DNA of 59,839 nucleotides, counting the filler. It is 6 parts of 6 records of this genome, joined end to end, with 100 filler letters (N's around TTAATTAATTAA, not from the genome) between each part and the next. Parts side by side here need not be neighbours in the genome. Positions count along the whole stretch, not along the records: positions 43,460 to 52,816 come from SRR2962707_2124; positions 52,917 to 59,839 come from SRR2962707_2125; 4 more parts are not named here. One strand, given 5' to 3'. Under the pieces are notes generated by a model. That model was not told the origin of the DNA, made no database searches, and saw nothing but the letters and a program-made list of their open reading frames with translations. This document shows positions 49,210 to 59,839 of this stretch, piece by piece. A program made the translations under genes and the position numbers. Every line of letters starts with the position of its first letter. Position 1 is the first letter of the stretch.

Positions 49210-49994
49210 TATTGCGCCACCTTTGCCGGCTTGTTTTTCAGACCCGTGCCCAAATAGGCTTCAATGACATCTTCATTGTTTTTAATTTCTTCGGCTGTGC
49301 CCTCAGCCAAAACAGTCCCCTCAGCCATACAAATGACCGGATCACACAGACGCGATATGAAATCCATATCGTGCTCAATCATACAGAAGGTGTAACCGCG
49401 CTCTTTATTAAGGCGCAAAATAGCATCACCAATTGTGCCGAGTAATGTGCGGTTTACGCCCGCACCAACTTCATCCAAAAACACAATTTTCGCATCGACC
49501 ATCATCGTACGGCCAAGCTCTAAAAGCTTCTTTTGACCGCCCGAAAGATTGCCCGCCAATTCATCGGCGACATGCGATATTTCTAAGAACTCGATAACTT
49601 CATTTGCCTTGGCGCGAATTTCTTCTTCTTCGCGGCGCACCAGACTTGGCTGCGTCCAGGCTTTAATCAGCGTCTCACCTGATTGGTGCGGTGGCACCAT
49701 CATCAGATTTTCACGCACGGTGAGTGTCGAAAATTCATGGGCAATTTGGAACGTTCTAAGCAGGCCTTGCCCAAACAATTCATGCGGAGAAAGGCCCGTA
49801 ATGTCTTTGCCGTCGAGCAAAACGCGGCCCGAAGTTGGCGCATAATGGCCAGCAATCACATTAAAAAGGGTTGTTTTTCCAGCGCCATTTGGCCCGATCA
49901 AACCGGTGATCGTACCAGTCTTAATCGTGAGCGACGCGCCATTGACTGCGCGAATACCGCCAAAATGCTTGTGAAGATTTTCAACTACAATCAA
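49209..49994 (-). CDS. ABC ATPase (LivG-like)
   Basis: GPNGAGKTT, LRTFQ, LSGGQKKLLELGR, IEHD, EAYLG. Confidence 0.92.
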   Translation of the reverse strand: MIVVENLHKHFGGIRAVNGASLTIKTGTITGLIGPNGAGKTTLFNVIAGHYAPTSGRVLLDGKDITGLSPHELFGQGLLRTFQIAHEFSTLTVRENLMMVPPHQSGETLIKAWTQPSLVRREEEEIRAKANEVIEFLEISHVADELAGNLSGGQKKLLELGRTMMVDAKIVFLDEVGAGVNRTLLGTIGDAILRLNKERGYTFCMIEHDMDFISRLCDPVICMAEGTVLAEGTAEEIKNNEDVIEAYLGTGLKNKPAKVAQ

Positions 49995-50026
49995 AAGTTT
50001 TCTCTCAAACTTCGAACGAAAAATGC

Positions 50027-50058
50027 AAAAATTGCCCGGATTTACATCCGGGCAATTT
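50027..50058 (-). terminator. Hairpin after the SBP gene (terminator or mRNA stabiliser)
   Basis: aaattgcccggat-ttac-atccgggcaattt with a U-run on the minus strand. Confidence 0.7.
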
Positions 50059-50073
50059 CAACTTTAAACGCGA

Positions 50074-51258
50074 TTAGCGGAATTTCGCTGTCGTGATTTT
50101 ACCACCGTCAACGAGGATTTCGCGGAATGAACCAGCGCTTTCACCATTGCCGATAAGCTCAACATTTGTTGCGCCGACATAATCGATGTCACCACCAGCA
50201 GCCAAGATTTCAAGCGCTTTGCCTAGTTCACCTGGCAAGATTTTTTCGCCCGGTGCGTTAGCAACGTCCATTACTTTAGATTTGAAATCTGCACTGTTTG
50301 ATGAACCAGCCGCCTGCATAGCAAGCATGATCAAAGCAGCTGCATCATAAGATTCGCCAACATAGGCATCGATTTTGATACCAGCGTCTTCAGCCATTTT
50401 CTTATAGATGTCAGCGCCTTCGCTTTCAGTACCAGAAATTGTGCCGTAAGAGCCGTTTAGGCCTTCACCGATTGATTCTGGTAGTGAATCGCCAACCATA
50501 CCGTCTGGAAGAACGAACGTGTCGAACGCACCAGTATCAAGCGCCGCCTGAATGATGCCTTTACCGCCTTGGTCAAGGTAACCAGCAACGATCAACACAT
50601 CACCGCCAGCCTGTGCCAACGCGCCAACTTCTGCAGAATAATCGCCTTTGCCATCTTCGTGAGAAGCATCGATTGTGATTGTAATGCCAGCAGCTTCTGC
50701 ATTGGTTTTAATGCTTTCAGCAAGACCTTTGCCGTAGTCATTATTTGTGTATGTCAACGCAGCAGATGTGACGCCTTTTTCTTTAAGCACGTCTGCAAGA
50801 ACTTGACCCTGACGTGAGTCAGATGGTGATGTGCGGAAAAATAGGCCATCATCTTCTGCATCAGAAAGTGCAGGTGATGTTGCAGATGGTGAAATCATAA
50901 CAATGCCGTTTGGACGTGCTACGTTTTGAAGCACGGCACCAGTAACGCCCGAGCAGTCCGCGCCAAAAATCGCGCTGACTTTGTCAGATGTTATCAAGCG
51001 TTCAGCTGTTGCAGATGCGGCTGCAGAATCAACACAAGTTGAGTCGCCGCGCACTGGCGTTACAGTTGAACCACCGAGAAATTTTCCGCTGTCGGAAACT
51101 TCTTTCATTGCCAACTCACCGCTTGCGCCCATGCCAGGTGTCAAAGATTCGATTGGACCGGTAAATCCAAGCAACACACCAATTTTGACTTCTTCGGCTG
51201 CTGCTACACCGGTCATTAGGACTGTTGTTAGCGCCGTTGTCATTAGAAACTTTTTCAT
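50074..51258 (-). CDS. Liv/HAAT-family periplasmic binding protein
   Basis: Signal peptide, IGVLLGFTG, ISPSATSP, FFRTSPSD, NNDYGKG. Confidence 0.92.
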   Translation of the reverse strand: MKKFLMTTALTTVLMTGVAAAEEVKIGVLLGFTGPIESLTPGMGASGELAMKEVSDSGKFLGGSTVTPVRGDSTCVDSAAASATAERLITSDKVSAIFGADCSGVTGAVLQNVARPNGIVMISPSATSPALSDAEDDGLFFRTSPSDSRQGQVLADVLKEKGVTSAALTYTNNDYGKGLAESIKTNAEAAGITITIDASHEDGKGDYSAEVGALAQAGGDVLIVAGYLDQGGKGIIQAALDTGAFDTFVLPDGMVGDSLPESIGEGLNGSYGTISGTESEGADIYKKMAEDAGIKIDAYVGESYDAAALIMLAMQAAGSSNSADFKSKVMDVANAPGEKILPGELGKALEILAAGGDIDYVGATNVELIGNGESAGSFREILVDGGKITTAKFR

Positions 51259-51531
51259 TCTTTACTCCTCAAAAGATACAATTTCACACTAAACCAAAAT
51301 TAGAATTGTCGCCAAGTATCAAATTGGCACCCAATTTTCATTAGGCGTACTACGGCTTTATAGATTCAGCAAGAAACTTCAATGTGGTTCAGCGGGCTTC
51401 ATGAAAATATAATGGGCGCCCCTCCGCCGCAAAGGCAATCCCAATTAAATGTCTCTCAAGTGGCCAAATCAAATGCGATAAGAATACTTTTAATGATACG
51501 CCGCCTTATGCCGCGATTCTTAATTACCTTC

Positions 51532-52470
51532 TTAGGTGGAACTTGAACCCGAAAACCTTGACTTGAGTTCATTGAAAACGATTTCGGCCGCTGGGGTTAG
51601 CGCTTGGCCAGATCGGGTTAAAATAGAATAAGGCTCTACTTCGATATCCGTTCCCGTCGCCAGCTCACACAATATCCCGCCATTGATAAAGCTTTGCGCA
51701 GCAAATGTTGCAAGTGCCGCAACGGCATTGGATCGTTGCAACATCGCAATGGTGAAAAGAAAAGACGAGGTCGTCAAAATCTGCGATGGCAATGCGACTT
51801 TTTGTTCCCTAAAGGCGCGTTCCATTGTGATGCGCAAAACTGCCCCAGGAGGAGGAAGTATCCAATCCAAATTAACCAAGGATGCTAGATTTGTTGCTGC
51901 ACCTGCGTGCGCCAGCGGGTGATGAGCACCCGTTAAAATACTAACCCGTTCTGGTCCGAGCACGTCTTCTTGGAACATGGATTTGTCATAACCGCTAGGC
52001 AATCGGCTAATGGAAAAATCTAGACTACCATCGAGAAGCTGCGCACCCAAAACATCGCTTGGACCAACGTCGATCTCAATTGAAATGCCGGGGTTGCTCG
52101 CGCGCAGATACTTAATGGCAGGCACCACAAATTCAATGGCCGGTCCCGTAACCGATCCAATCCGCACGTGACCAGACATGCCCCTTCTAAGTTCATCTAT
52201 ATCGCGCTCAGCATCATTGATCTCTTTTAAGATACGCGTGGCGCGGTAGGCCAATTGCATCCCACTCTCGGTCAATTCAATTCCATGACCAGTGCGCTCA
52301 TAGAGCTTGCCTCCCAGCAATTCTTCTAACTGAGACAATAAGCGTGATGCTGCTGGCTGCGTCATACCCAAAGCATCGGCGGAGTGGCTTATTTTTTGAG
52401 TTGCATGAAGAGACGATAAAAGCCGCAAATGCGAGAGTTTAAGCCCTTTTTTAATGAGTCGATCCGTCAC
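51532..52470 (-). CDS. gbpR: LysR-family regulator, GbpR-like
   Basis: LKLSHLRLL..MTQPAASRLL HTH; divergent from chvE; GTG 52470 after GGAGG preferred. Confidence 0.75.
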   Translation of the reverse strand: MTDRLIKKGLKLSHLRLLSSLHATQKISHSADALGMTQPAASRLLSQLEELLGGKLYERTGHGIELTESGMQLAYRATRILKEINDAERDIDELRRGMSGHVRIGSVTGPAIEFVVPAIKYLRASNPGISIEIDVGPSDVLGAQLLDGSLDFSISRLPSGYDKSMFQEDVLGPERVSILTGAHHPLAHAGAATNLASLVNLDWILPPPGAVLRITMERAFREQKVALPSQILTTSSFLFTIAMLQRSNAVAALATFAAQSFINGGILCELATGTDIEVEPYSILTRSGQALTPAAEIVFNELKSRFSGSSST

Positions 52471-52672
52471 AAAAACCCGCCTCCCCCAATATAACAAAAA
52501 TGAGATATTGTTATAACTAGACATAACTTGACCGGTATATCGCAGGTCGATAGTTTAGTAAACTTAGCTATTGCGTTGGATTGAGCTTAAATCAAACAAA
52601 AAGACCAACCAAAGCAAATGGTTGAATGGCACGTAAATTCACTATCGCATCACGCGATTTCGGGAGGACTAA

Positions 52673-52816
52673 ATGAACTTTTTAACTAAAGCCCTAGGGG
52701 CCTTGGCGACGCTATCTATGCTCGCAGCAGCTCCAGCCTTCGCACAGGACAAAGGCACTGTTGGTATTTCCATGCCAACTAAATCATCTGCACGTTGGAT
52801 TTCTGACGGCAACTCA
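52673..52816 (+). CDS. chvE: Multiple-monosaccharide binding protein ChvE, 3'-truncated
   Basis: Signal peptide and [17 protein letters not shown] signature; GGAGG RBS. Confidence 0.85.
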
Positions 52817-52916
52817 NNNNNNNNNNNNNNNNNNNNNNNNNNNNNNNNNNNNNNNNNNNNTTAATTAATTAANNNNNNNNNNNNNNNNNNNNNNNNNNNN
52901 NNNNNNNNNNNNNNNN
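52817..52916. other. Artificial contig spacer
   Basis: 44 N + TTAATTAATTAA + 44 N. Confidence 0.98.
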
Positions 52917-52970
52917 ACCCCCCCCCCCCACCCCACCCCACCCCCCACCCACCTACCTCTCCTCCCCTCC
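52917..52970. repeat. C-rich low-complexity tract (G-quadruplex potential on the minus strand)
   Basis: Poly-C and ccccaccc runs at the contig start. Confidence 0.8.
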
Positions 52971-53180
52971 ACACACAGACCCATTTCCAAGTCATCTGTG
53001 GTGTAGCACCACCACAGGGCTTTGGTTGCGCTTCTGTGGACACAATGCTGTGCAAACACAGTCGACTTTTTGCCCGTATTTTCGTCTTTTTCGAAACTCC
53101 CACTTATTCCTTGATCATCCCGTTTGAACACTCCGCCGGCCGACGAGGCTCACTCCCACCCCCACTCCCCACTCAGCACA

Positions 53181-54320
53181 ATGGGCAACACCGAAAGCAA
53201 GTCGATCCCGGATGCTTTCCGCCAGCTCTCCGACGCAGACCAGCGCGACTTTGAAGCGCGATACGAAGCGCTGCTCGCTTGCGGAACGTCCCCCGAGGCA
53301 GCCGTGCTGGAGCTCGAGGCCGTCCACGCAGCCACGAACGATCCCGCGGCATTGCTGGCCGCCGACAGCAACCACGACGGCAAACTCACCGCCGGAGAAA
53401 TTGCCGCTGCCATGGAGCGCAGCGGCGCGTCCAAGGAGGCTGCCGCCGCAGCGTCCAGTGCGGTGATGTCCACCGCGGACACGAACCACGACGGCGCGAT
53501 CGATGTGGAGGAGCTCAAAAAGTTCGCGTCAGATGCCGACATTCGCCTGGCAGTGGCCGGCGGAGCCCTGGTGGTCGACCTGCGAGGCATCGAGGAGGGC
53601 AAGATCAAGGGGAACCTCGTGCCGCGCAGCTTGAAGATCCCGTACGTCCCGGCAGATGACGGCCGGTCCTTCGTGGAGGCCGTCAAGAATGGCGCGCTTC
53701 CGGCGGACCGCAATACGAAAATTGTGCTGCACTGCCAGTCGGGGCGCCGCGCCGGGTGGGCCATCGAGAAGTTGTGCAAGCTCGGGTACTGCAACGTGTT
53801 GAATGGAGCCACTGGCGGCGCAATCAATGCGGCGTTGGCACGCTTCGCCACCGATGAAGATATCCGCGATGCTGTGCGGCGCCGAGCCGTGTTGCTCGAC
53901 GTTCGCGGTGTCGAGGAGGTGGCCAAGGCGGGTGACAAAGTGCCAGGAGCCCTGATTGTGCCGTACAAAAAAGACGACAATGGAGAATCGTTCAACAAGG
54001 AAGCCACACAGCGCCTTCCAAAAGACAGGATCACGCCGATTCTTGTCCACTGTCGCTCAGGTGCTCGTGCAGGTGCCGCCATTGACCGGCTCCACGAGCT
54101 CGGGTTCGTGAACGCCGTCAACGGGTGCAACAGCGCTGTTGTCAAGCAAGCTCTGGACCGTGCCGCGCAGGAAGTGGACGACGCCCAAGCAAAGCGTATC
54201 GCAGCAATGATGCCCCCGAGTCGGAAAACCAAGAAGCGCTGCCGCATGTGCCGCGCGCTGCTCACGACTGTGTGGTTAGCTTCGGCGTTGATGGTCTCGT
54301 CGCGGCGGAAGTCTCGCTAA
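53181..54320 (+). CDS. Protein with N-myristoylation motif, EF-hand pair and two rhodanese domains
   Basis: MGNTESK; EF loops DSNHDGKLTAGE and DTNHDGAIDVEE; VVDLR..HCQSGRRA and LLDVR..HCRSGARA; basic/hydrophobic tail. Confidence 0.8.
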   Translation: MGNTESKSIPDAFRQLSDADQRDFEARYEALLACGTSPEAAVLELEAVHAATNDPAALLAADSNHDGKLTAGEIAAAMERSGASKEAAAAASSAVMSTADTNHDGAIDVEELKKFASDADIRLAVAGGALVVDLRGIEEGKIKGNLVPRSLKIPYVPADDGRSFVEAVKNGALPADRNTKIVLHCQSGRRAGWAIEKLCKLGYCNVLNGATGGAINAALARFATDEDIRDAVRRRAVLLDVRGVEEVAKAGDKVPGALIVPYKKDDNGESFNKEATQRLPKDRITPILVHCRSGARAGAAIDRLHELGFVNAVNGCNSAVVKQALDRAAQEVDDAQAKRIAAMMPPSRKTKKRCRMCRALLTTVWLASALMVSSRRKSR

Positions 54321-54451
54321 GTGCAGACCGGAGCATGGCTTCCCACTTTCTTGCCAACGCTGCCGCGGAACAAGGTTGAAATTTGAAATGAAATTATTTA
54401 TTGTTCGTCATTTTCAGGATTGTCCAGTTGTTTTATGTTAAAAGCTTGCAA

Positions 54452-57400
54452 TCATCTCTCAACACGTTGCCTGTCGTCGATGGCCTCAGCATTTTTCTTG
54501 ACTGGGGACGGGTTGGGTCGCTGCGCGTTCGAGCGGATTGCAGGTGCCAAATCTTGTGCTTTCTCAGTCCTCTCGATCGTGCGGTCTTCATACCAATCGA
54601 TGAGCAGAGAAAAAATCTGTTGCATCATCACCACCGACACACAAAACCATCGGTCAGGCAAGCTTTAACCAATAAAAAATAGAGGGCCAACGAAAAGCAA
54701 CGTGGTTGCACCGTTGTTCGGCGTCGGCTGTTCGCGAGTTGCTTTTGCAGCTTCTTGTCGGCCGAAGCAAAGATGTTGTTTCCACCTTCATAAGCAGGAA
54801 AGAGCGCTGGAGCGATGCACCTTGCAAAGACGTCCTTTGTCACCTCGTTCGTCTCTGCGTGCGCAGCAACCGCCTTCACACATGCATGTGCAGCATGATG
54901 CGAAGCAAAGATACACTGTTGGTGTTGCGTCGAAAGCCCATTTTTTTTTTTTTGGTACCGTGACAGCCTTTTTTTGAATGCAAAGACATAAACCAACCAA
55001 TGCGATGCCCAGCAGAAACTCCAAAACAAGCCGCTGAGTACGAGGTAGAGACGCGACCGCAGGTGTAAAATACCTACTGTTGATACGCCGTGCCCATATC
55101 TGCGCCAAGCACAAAAAATCAGCGTTGGACGGGTTCGATTCTCCACAAGCGAGCTCCTACGAAAACAGAGCGTAAACTGATGAATTCAAACCGTAGCGCC
55201 GGGGCCACGAGTAGGCTGCTCAATATCCAAGCCGTCGTTAATGAGGCCTTTTACGTCCAGATGGGCGAGGATCTGACAAGTCCCCGCGAGTACCAGCAAT
55301 CAAACGGTGGATTGTCAACGCCGGACACGGTTGCTTCACGGAGCACGCCAGCACGCATTCACGAACGTGGCAAATCGCAAATCATAAGCCAATGACAGTC
55401 ACACGCTTCTGTCTGCGTACCTTGTCGTTGTCCGGAATCGACCGGAGCCACAGCTTGAGCACTGCTGCAGCAGCTAGCACGTCGTCGGATGTTGTCAGAG
55501 CAATGGGCTGATTCAGCTCAAGGGCCGACACGAGACGAAGGTGTCTGTCAAAGTCCACATGAACCCGTGCGTACGCAAATGGTGAACAGATTGACGAAAT
55601 GAGCAGTGACGCATTTCTGTACCAAACCGAAGGGCAGGTAACGCACTTTCGACGATCGCCAGATGCGGCAAATATTTGCTTGGTGTGTGCAGCATGTGGT
55701 TCGATCAATCGCCACAGCTTGACCAGCACTTCGGGAAGCTCTCGCGTTTTCAGTCGGCGCTTTTTTTGCAAAGTCACGAGTTCGCCTTGAAGGTGGCGCC
55801 GGTACACCTGCACCGAAACGTTATAAGCACGTGGTGGCTTTTCACAATTACGTTGCAACAGCGAAAAAAAAAAAAAATAAAGGCAGGGAAAAACTTGGGG
55901 TGAAGAAAAAGACCTTGCCACGCGCTTTGTCGACCGGGCGTGTGTCGCACTCTGGTAGAACGCCTCTCGACATTTTGCCGAGACTCGTGTCGTCCAGCCG
56001 AAGTTTCTCTTCAAGTTTCTGAAAATAATGGATTTTCACAGAGTTTGCGCGACCACGACAATTAAAACAGTTCGGGCTGCTTGGCGCAAACTGCACAACG
56101 TGACACAGGTTTTTTATACTTGCAGCCCATACCTCCACAGCGCCATCATAAAATTCATCGATGACACCGAAAAAGCTACTGCCACGAGACGTCGCCACAG
56201 CTTCGCTTGACTCCGCGTTGTCTGCGCGTCCGCGATTTTTCGTCGGTGGTGTATCGGGAGTTGGCGGGGTCGCGGCCTGGCCCTCATGGGAATTTAACGT
56301 GCTGGGAGTTGGAGTGCTGACCAACGTGCTGGAGCGGGGTCCTTCCTGTGACTGTGTCGTCGTTCGCCTGGTAAGCGGTTCGCGTTCAGCAGCAAAAACT
56401 GGACAGCTTGAAACTGGAACCCCGAAATGAGGAATCCCCTTCACAAACGACAACACAGGGTCGTATCTGTACCTGCGATAAGAAACCAGGTGCATCACGC
56501 ATTTCTCAAAGGGGTGCGTAAGCACATTCTCGGCGACTGCATTTTGCGGCGTGGGCACGTGACCACAAACAGGGATTTGGCGCAAGTCTGGACGCACACA
56601 AAATGACTGGACTTCTCCTTGGCGAAAAAAAACCGAGAGATTTCGCTGGAGGTGGTTGGGTCCGGCTTGTTGGAAGCAAACTTGGGCACGGACGGGGAGG
56701 CGCTCGGAGCAAACAGGCCTGAAGTTTGTTGCAGGGAAAAGCAATTGGGAGCAGTCGTGATGATGCGTTTGACGTCAGCATTCAAACGCGCTGATGTGGT
56801 GCTTCGCGGCTCATATACCCACGTGGCGATGCTGGCTGTTTGGTCCCCTTGGACTTCGTCAATTCGGGGCCTCGCTTCGTCTTGGCCAGCTTCTCTGCTG
56901 CACCTTCATCCTGCTCGCGGAACCGCACCGATACGCGATTGCTTGACTTAAAACAACTATCACGTTGCACAACAGAAAGCAGCGTTTCACGTGTGGAGGA
57001 AGAGGTTAAGGCGACGCTGCTTTCAATCACCCGAATCGAAAAGACGTACACAAGGGCCAAGCGGTGCAAGGCAGTGGGCGCAGTTTGCAAGCGAGGTGGA
57101 GTCGAAGCGCTCGTCTCTAAATGCGCAACAGCGCCCCCTCCACTGGCACGCTGAACTTCGGCGTCGTGTTTGAGACGCTCAATGATGCGGCGTTTATGTC
57201 CGTGCGGACGAGGATGGTGTCGATGTTTGTGCTGTTGTACCACTTCCTCAACGTTGTCATCTGCATTAATCCACAGCTGGGAGTACAACCATGAAGCACC
57301 AGCACCAACGTTAGGAACTTTGCTTTCATTGCAACGCAGTTTCCGCACCAGAGCATATGGCTGTCCGTACCCATTTTCGGCGTCGAGGCAACGCTTTCGG

Positions 57401-59839
57401 GTCGAAGACCTTCACCTGATGTGGAGTACTGCGCCCTGCGGCAATGTAATAACCTTTGAATGGACCAGTCGCGACTCGGAGCCTACACACGCCGGGCTTT
57501 TCGCGCTTGCGAACTTCCTCCTTTCACAGACAGCGCCAAAGGAGAATAACACATGAGGTGGGTCCTTCAGCAACTTGGGCACCATCCAGGCCCGATCCGT
57601 GAACGACCAAACCAACGAACCCGAAACAACGTGCGATCAATCAGTGAAACCGTATCCGTCACTTGCCCCTCCGCATCGACAAATAGGTAGCGATTCTGTT
57701 GTGACAGCCCTGTTCCCAAATCAACATCACCAGGATGCTGATGCATGATCCAGAAACTAGCTCGCGAGATCATTTCTTGGCGATTTTTCCACTCAAGCTG
57801 ACGTGCTGCTGCCTGTGGCGACGAGCGTGGAAGAGCAAATTCATTTTTAGTTTGGAAGTCGTCGGACAAAAAAGCGTATCAGACATTATCTGGCTTTAAC
57901 AAAGCGGTCACCTGAGCCTCCTGCATGGCTGTAAGTTCTTCGAAGCTGAGCGTCCCTGAGCCGTCGGCATCAAACCTAGGACCCACAATTTTAACCAGAC
58001 ACCCCAACTATAAAAAGTACTTTTGGGTTAGGTGGGAGTTTGTGGCCAGATTGCGCCGGCGCGATACCATGCGACTTACTCAGCAAAAAGTTCAAGGTCA
58101 CTCGAGTTGCGGGTTGAAGCGGATGACATGGTTAGCAAACCATGACCATGCCTTAAATCGGCCGGTCGGACGAGCTCGTTAGGTTCCAAAACTTCAAATT
58201 TGTGCCCTTGTTTTTTCTGCGGCGTGGCGTGACGATTAATGTGTTGGTCACTGCTCGCAAAGCTGTTGTCGTCGTCATCAGTATCAGAAATGCCCGACGA
58301 TGAGTCATCATCGCTGCTTTGCAATTTTTCTTGGAGTGGGTCTACCAAATGCACATCGCGTGAGGCGTAAGGAAAGAAATCACAACCTGCAAAAAACGCA
58401 CAGCAAAGTGCGTCGCTTTGACTTGGCTTACTGGTCATGATTTTTTCTTCCAGCATCGCAATCTGAGCATCTTTGATGCGGTTCGTAAATTCCTACAAAA
58501 TTTCGACATCACAGCATCACAACAAGAGCAGGCTAGAGCGGTATCACAAATCGGGAATAGCACGGCCATCAAACACAAATTGCAATCAACGCACTTTTTG
58601 GCTTTGGAGAACATCAACAGCAATGGCTGATGCATGCACCTCAGCCTCCAGAGCTGCGTTTTTCCTGCGTAGCTCTTCAAGCTCGGCAATTGCTTGTGCG
58701 GTTTCAACCTCGTCAACGCCGGTTGCAGCCAATTTTGGAATTTCAGGTTTCTTCTTGATACGCCCAGGGCAGCAACAACAAGAAATGCCGACCCAGCATA
58801 GTAGCAGGCCCAACATGGCTACCACAAACGCAACCAAGCCGAAGACGACAAGTTGCCAGGTATCCATCCCCGCAGCTTTTGACGCGCTAAAAGACCACGC
58901 AGCCAGGCCGGTGTCCACAACTTTTCGAACAAGGGCTAAGTCGAGCAATTTTGTCCAAAGCACAGTTGCCGCAGCGAGAGCGGAAGCGACGTATCCCTGA
59001 ACGGCAATCCACCATTTACTCACTTCTTCTGTGATGCCAGGAAGTGATTGGTTTCCAGGCGTTGGATTCGTTTCAGCACACCCTGTGAGAGAGAAGGCAG
59101 GCATTTCACCATACTTTGTTTGCAGGTTCTCAAACAAGACTTGCTCGCGACCTTTGTACCGCGTTAGAAAGTGATCCAGCTGTTCAACCTTTTCCGGCGC
59201 TTTGTGTTTGTAGAAGTCAAGCAGGGCAGCTCTAAGTCCCATAGGATCAAGCTGGGCGCAAATCTGGTTGGCTGGTGCTGGTGGCAAGTCCGCATGGGCT
59301 GGGGTCTCATCATCATGATCATTCTGTGAACTCGTAGTGGTATTTTCAGCTTGGGTGTCTCCCGCCTTGCTCAGAGCTTCGGTATCCGCGGCGGGAGGTG
59401 GGCCAAGCCCCTTGGTATCTCCTGGACCAGCGATTTCAGATGCGCTGCGATTTGCAGCAGTAGAGTCGCGAGGCAAGTATTCAGCCCTTGCAGCGGTGGA
59501 GGGATCGACAGAGGCCAATGGAGCATTCTCATCGGCAGAAGAATCGGTGAGAGTCAATGGGCTCTGTGCGTCCAATTCATCATTGTGCGTTTGTGTTTCG
59601 GGATCCAAAGCACGGTCAGTGAGGGCGGCACCCGGGCTACTGCTGGAGCTGGTTGATTCGAGAGCATGTGGTGCTGCTCCCTGTGAAGTCTCGTCAATTT
59701 GGTCAACAACGGCGACGGCAACATCATCGTTTGAGTTCGTTGACGCCTGAACTCCCACTTCGTCAAAAGCTGTTCCACGGACGACCTCTGCAGCTGCAGC
59801 ATCGCCGTTTGAAACAACCTCTGCAGCTGCAGCATCGCG
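54452..59839 (-). CDS. Large multi-exon eukaryotic protein: TM helices, coiled coil, EF-hand and C-terminal RhoGAP-like domain (5' end outside window)
   Basis: FYKHKAPEKV..YKGRE..KYG motif, TM helix, gtgcgt donor at the end of ORF 58586, EF loop DADGSGTLSFEE (~57935-57975), RhoGAP-like HFGVP, LPEVL, QIFAASG, AAVLKLWLRSIP, NEVT..FARCIAPALF. Single-gene model is inferred. Confidence 0.6.
59784..59838. repeat. 33-bp-period coding tandem repeat (DAAAAAEVV)
   Basis: acctctgcagctgcagcatcgc at 59784 and 59817; truncated by the window end. Confidence 0.8.

Noticed and set aside
52628-52643. Sigma-54 promoter-like TGGCAC upstream of chvE (also at 51325)
   Set aside because: The -12 TTGC element is missing (TTCA and TTTC instead)
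6122-52816. Horizontal transfer of bacterial operons into the eukaryote
   Set aside because: Every eukaryote-bacterium junction is an artificial spacer, so there is no physical linkage
1-59839. tRNA/rRNA genes, transposases, integrases, prophage or defence systems
   Set aside because: None recognised by eye; a covariance/HMM scan would be needed to exclude small elements

Overview
This window is not one locus. It joins six contigs with identical artificial 100-nt spacers (44 N + TTAATTAATTAA + 44 N). Contigs 1 (1-6021), 3 (25516-32443) and 6 (52917-end) come from an intron-containing eukaryote, probably a stramenopile-like marine protist (inferred). Each holds one convergent gene pair: an AIG1/FAR-17a-like membrane protein with an EF-hand/PIP-kinase-like pseudokinase; a nucleotidyltransferase-glucuronokinase fusion with an orphan coiled-coil protein; and a myristoylation-motif/EF-hand/double-rhodanese protein with a large TM/EF-hand/RhoGAP-like protein lacking the arginine finger. 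Contig 2 (6122-25415, alphaproteobacterial, possibly Thalassospira-like) has an unassigned IclR-linked sugar-acid catabolic cluster with CoA-dependent enzymes, a Fur-boxed FecIR/TonB-receptor/MFS/SBP iron module, a 2-hydroxyacid dehydrogenase and partial modC. Contig 4 (32544-43359, Marinobacter-like) has an MCP, a GNAT-nitrilase fusion, a PilZ-like protein and the strongest candidate system, a selenium locus. That locus comprises a histone-H1-like/HhH protein coupled to a flavoprotein-SelD fusion, a SenB-like selenosugar synthase and a divergent PhnDCE-like ABC transporter; no senA-type gene is visible. Contig 5 (43460-52816, Hyphomicrobiales-like) has a SAM-II riboswitch with metA, a GNAT, mrp/apbC, a Liv-type ABC transporter and gbpR-chvE. 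Taxonomic and family assignments come from reading motifs only; no searches were run.
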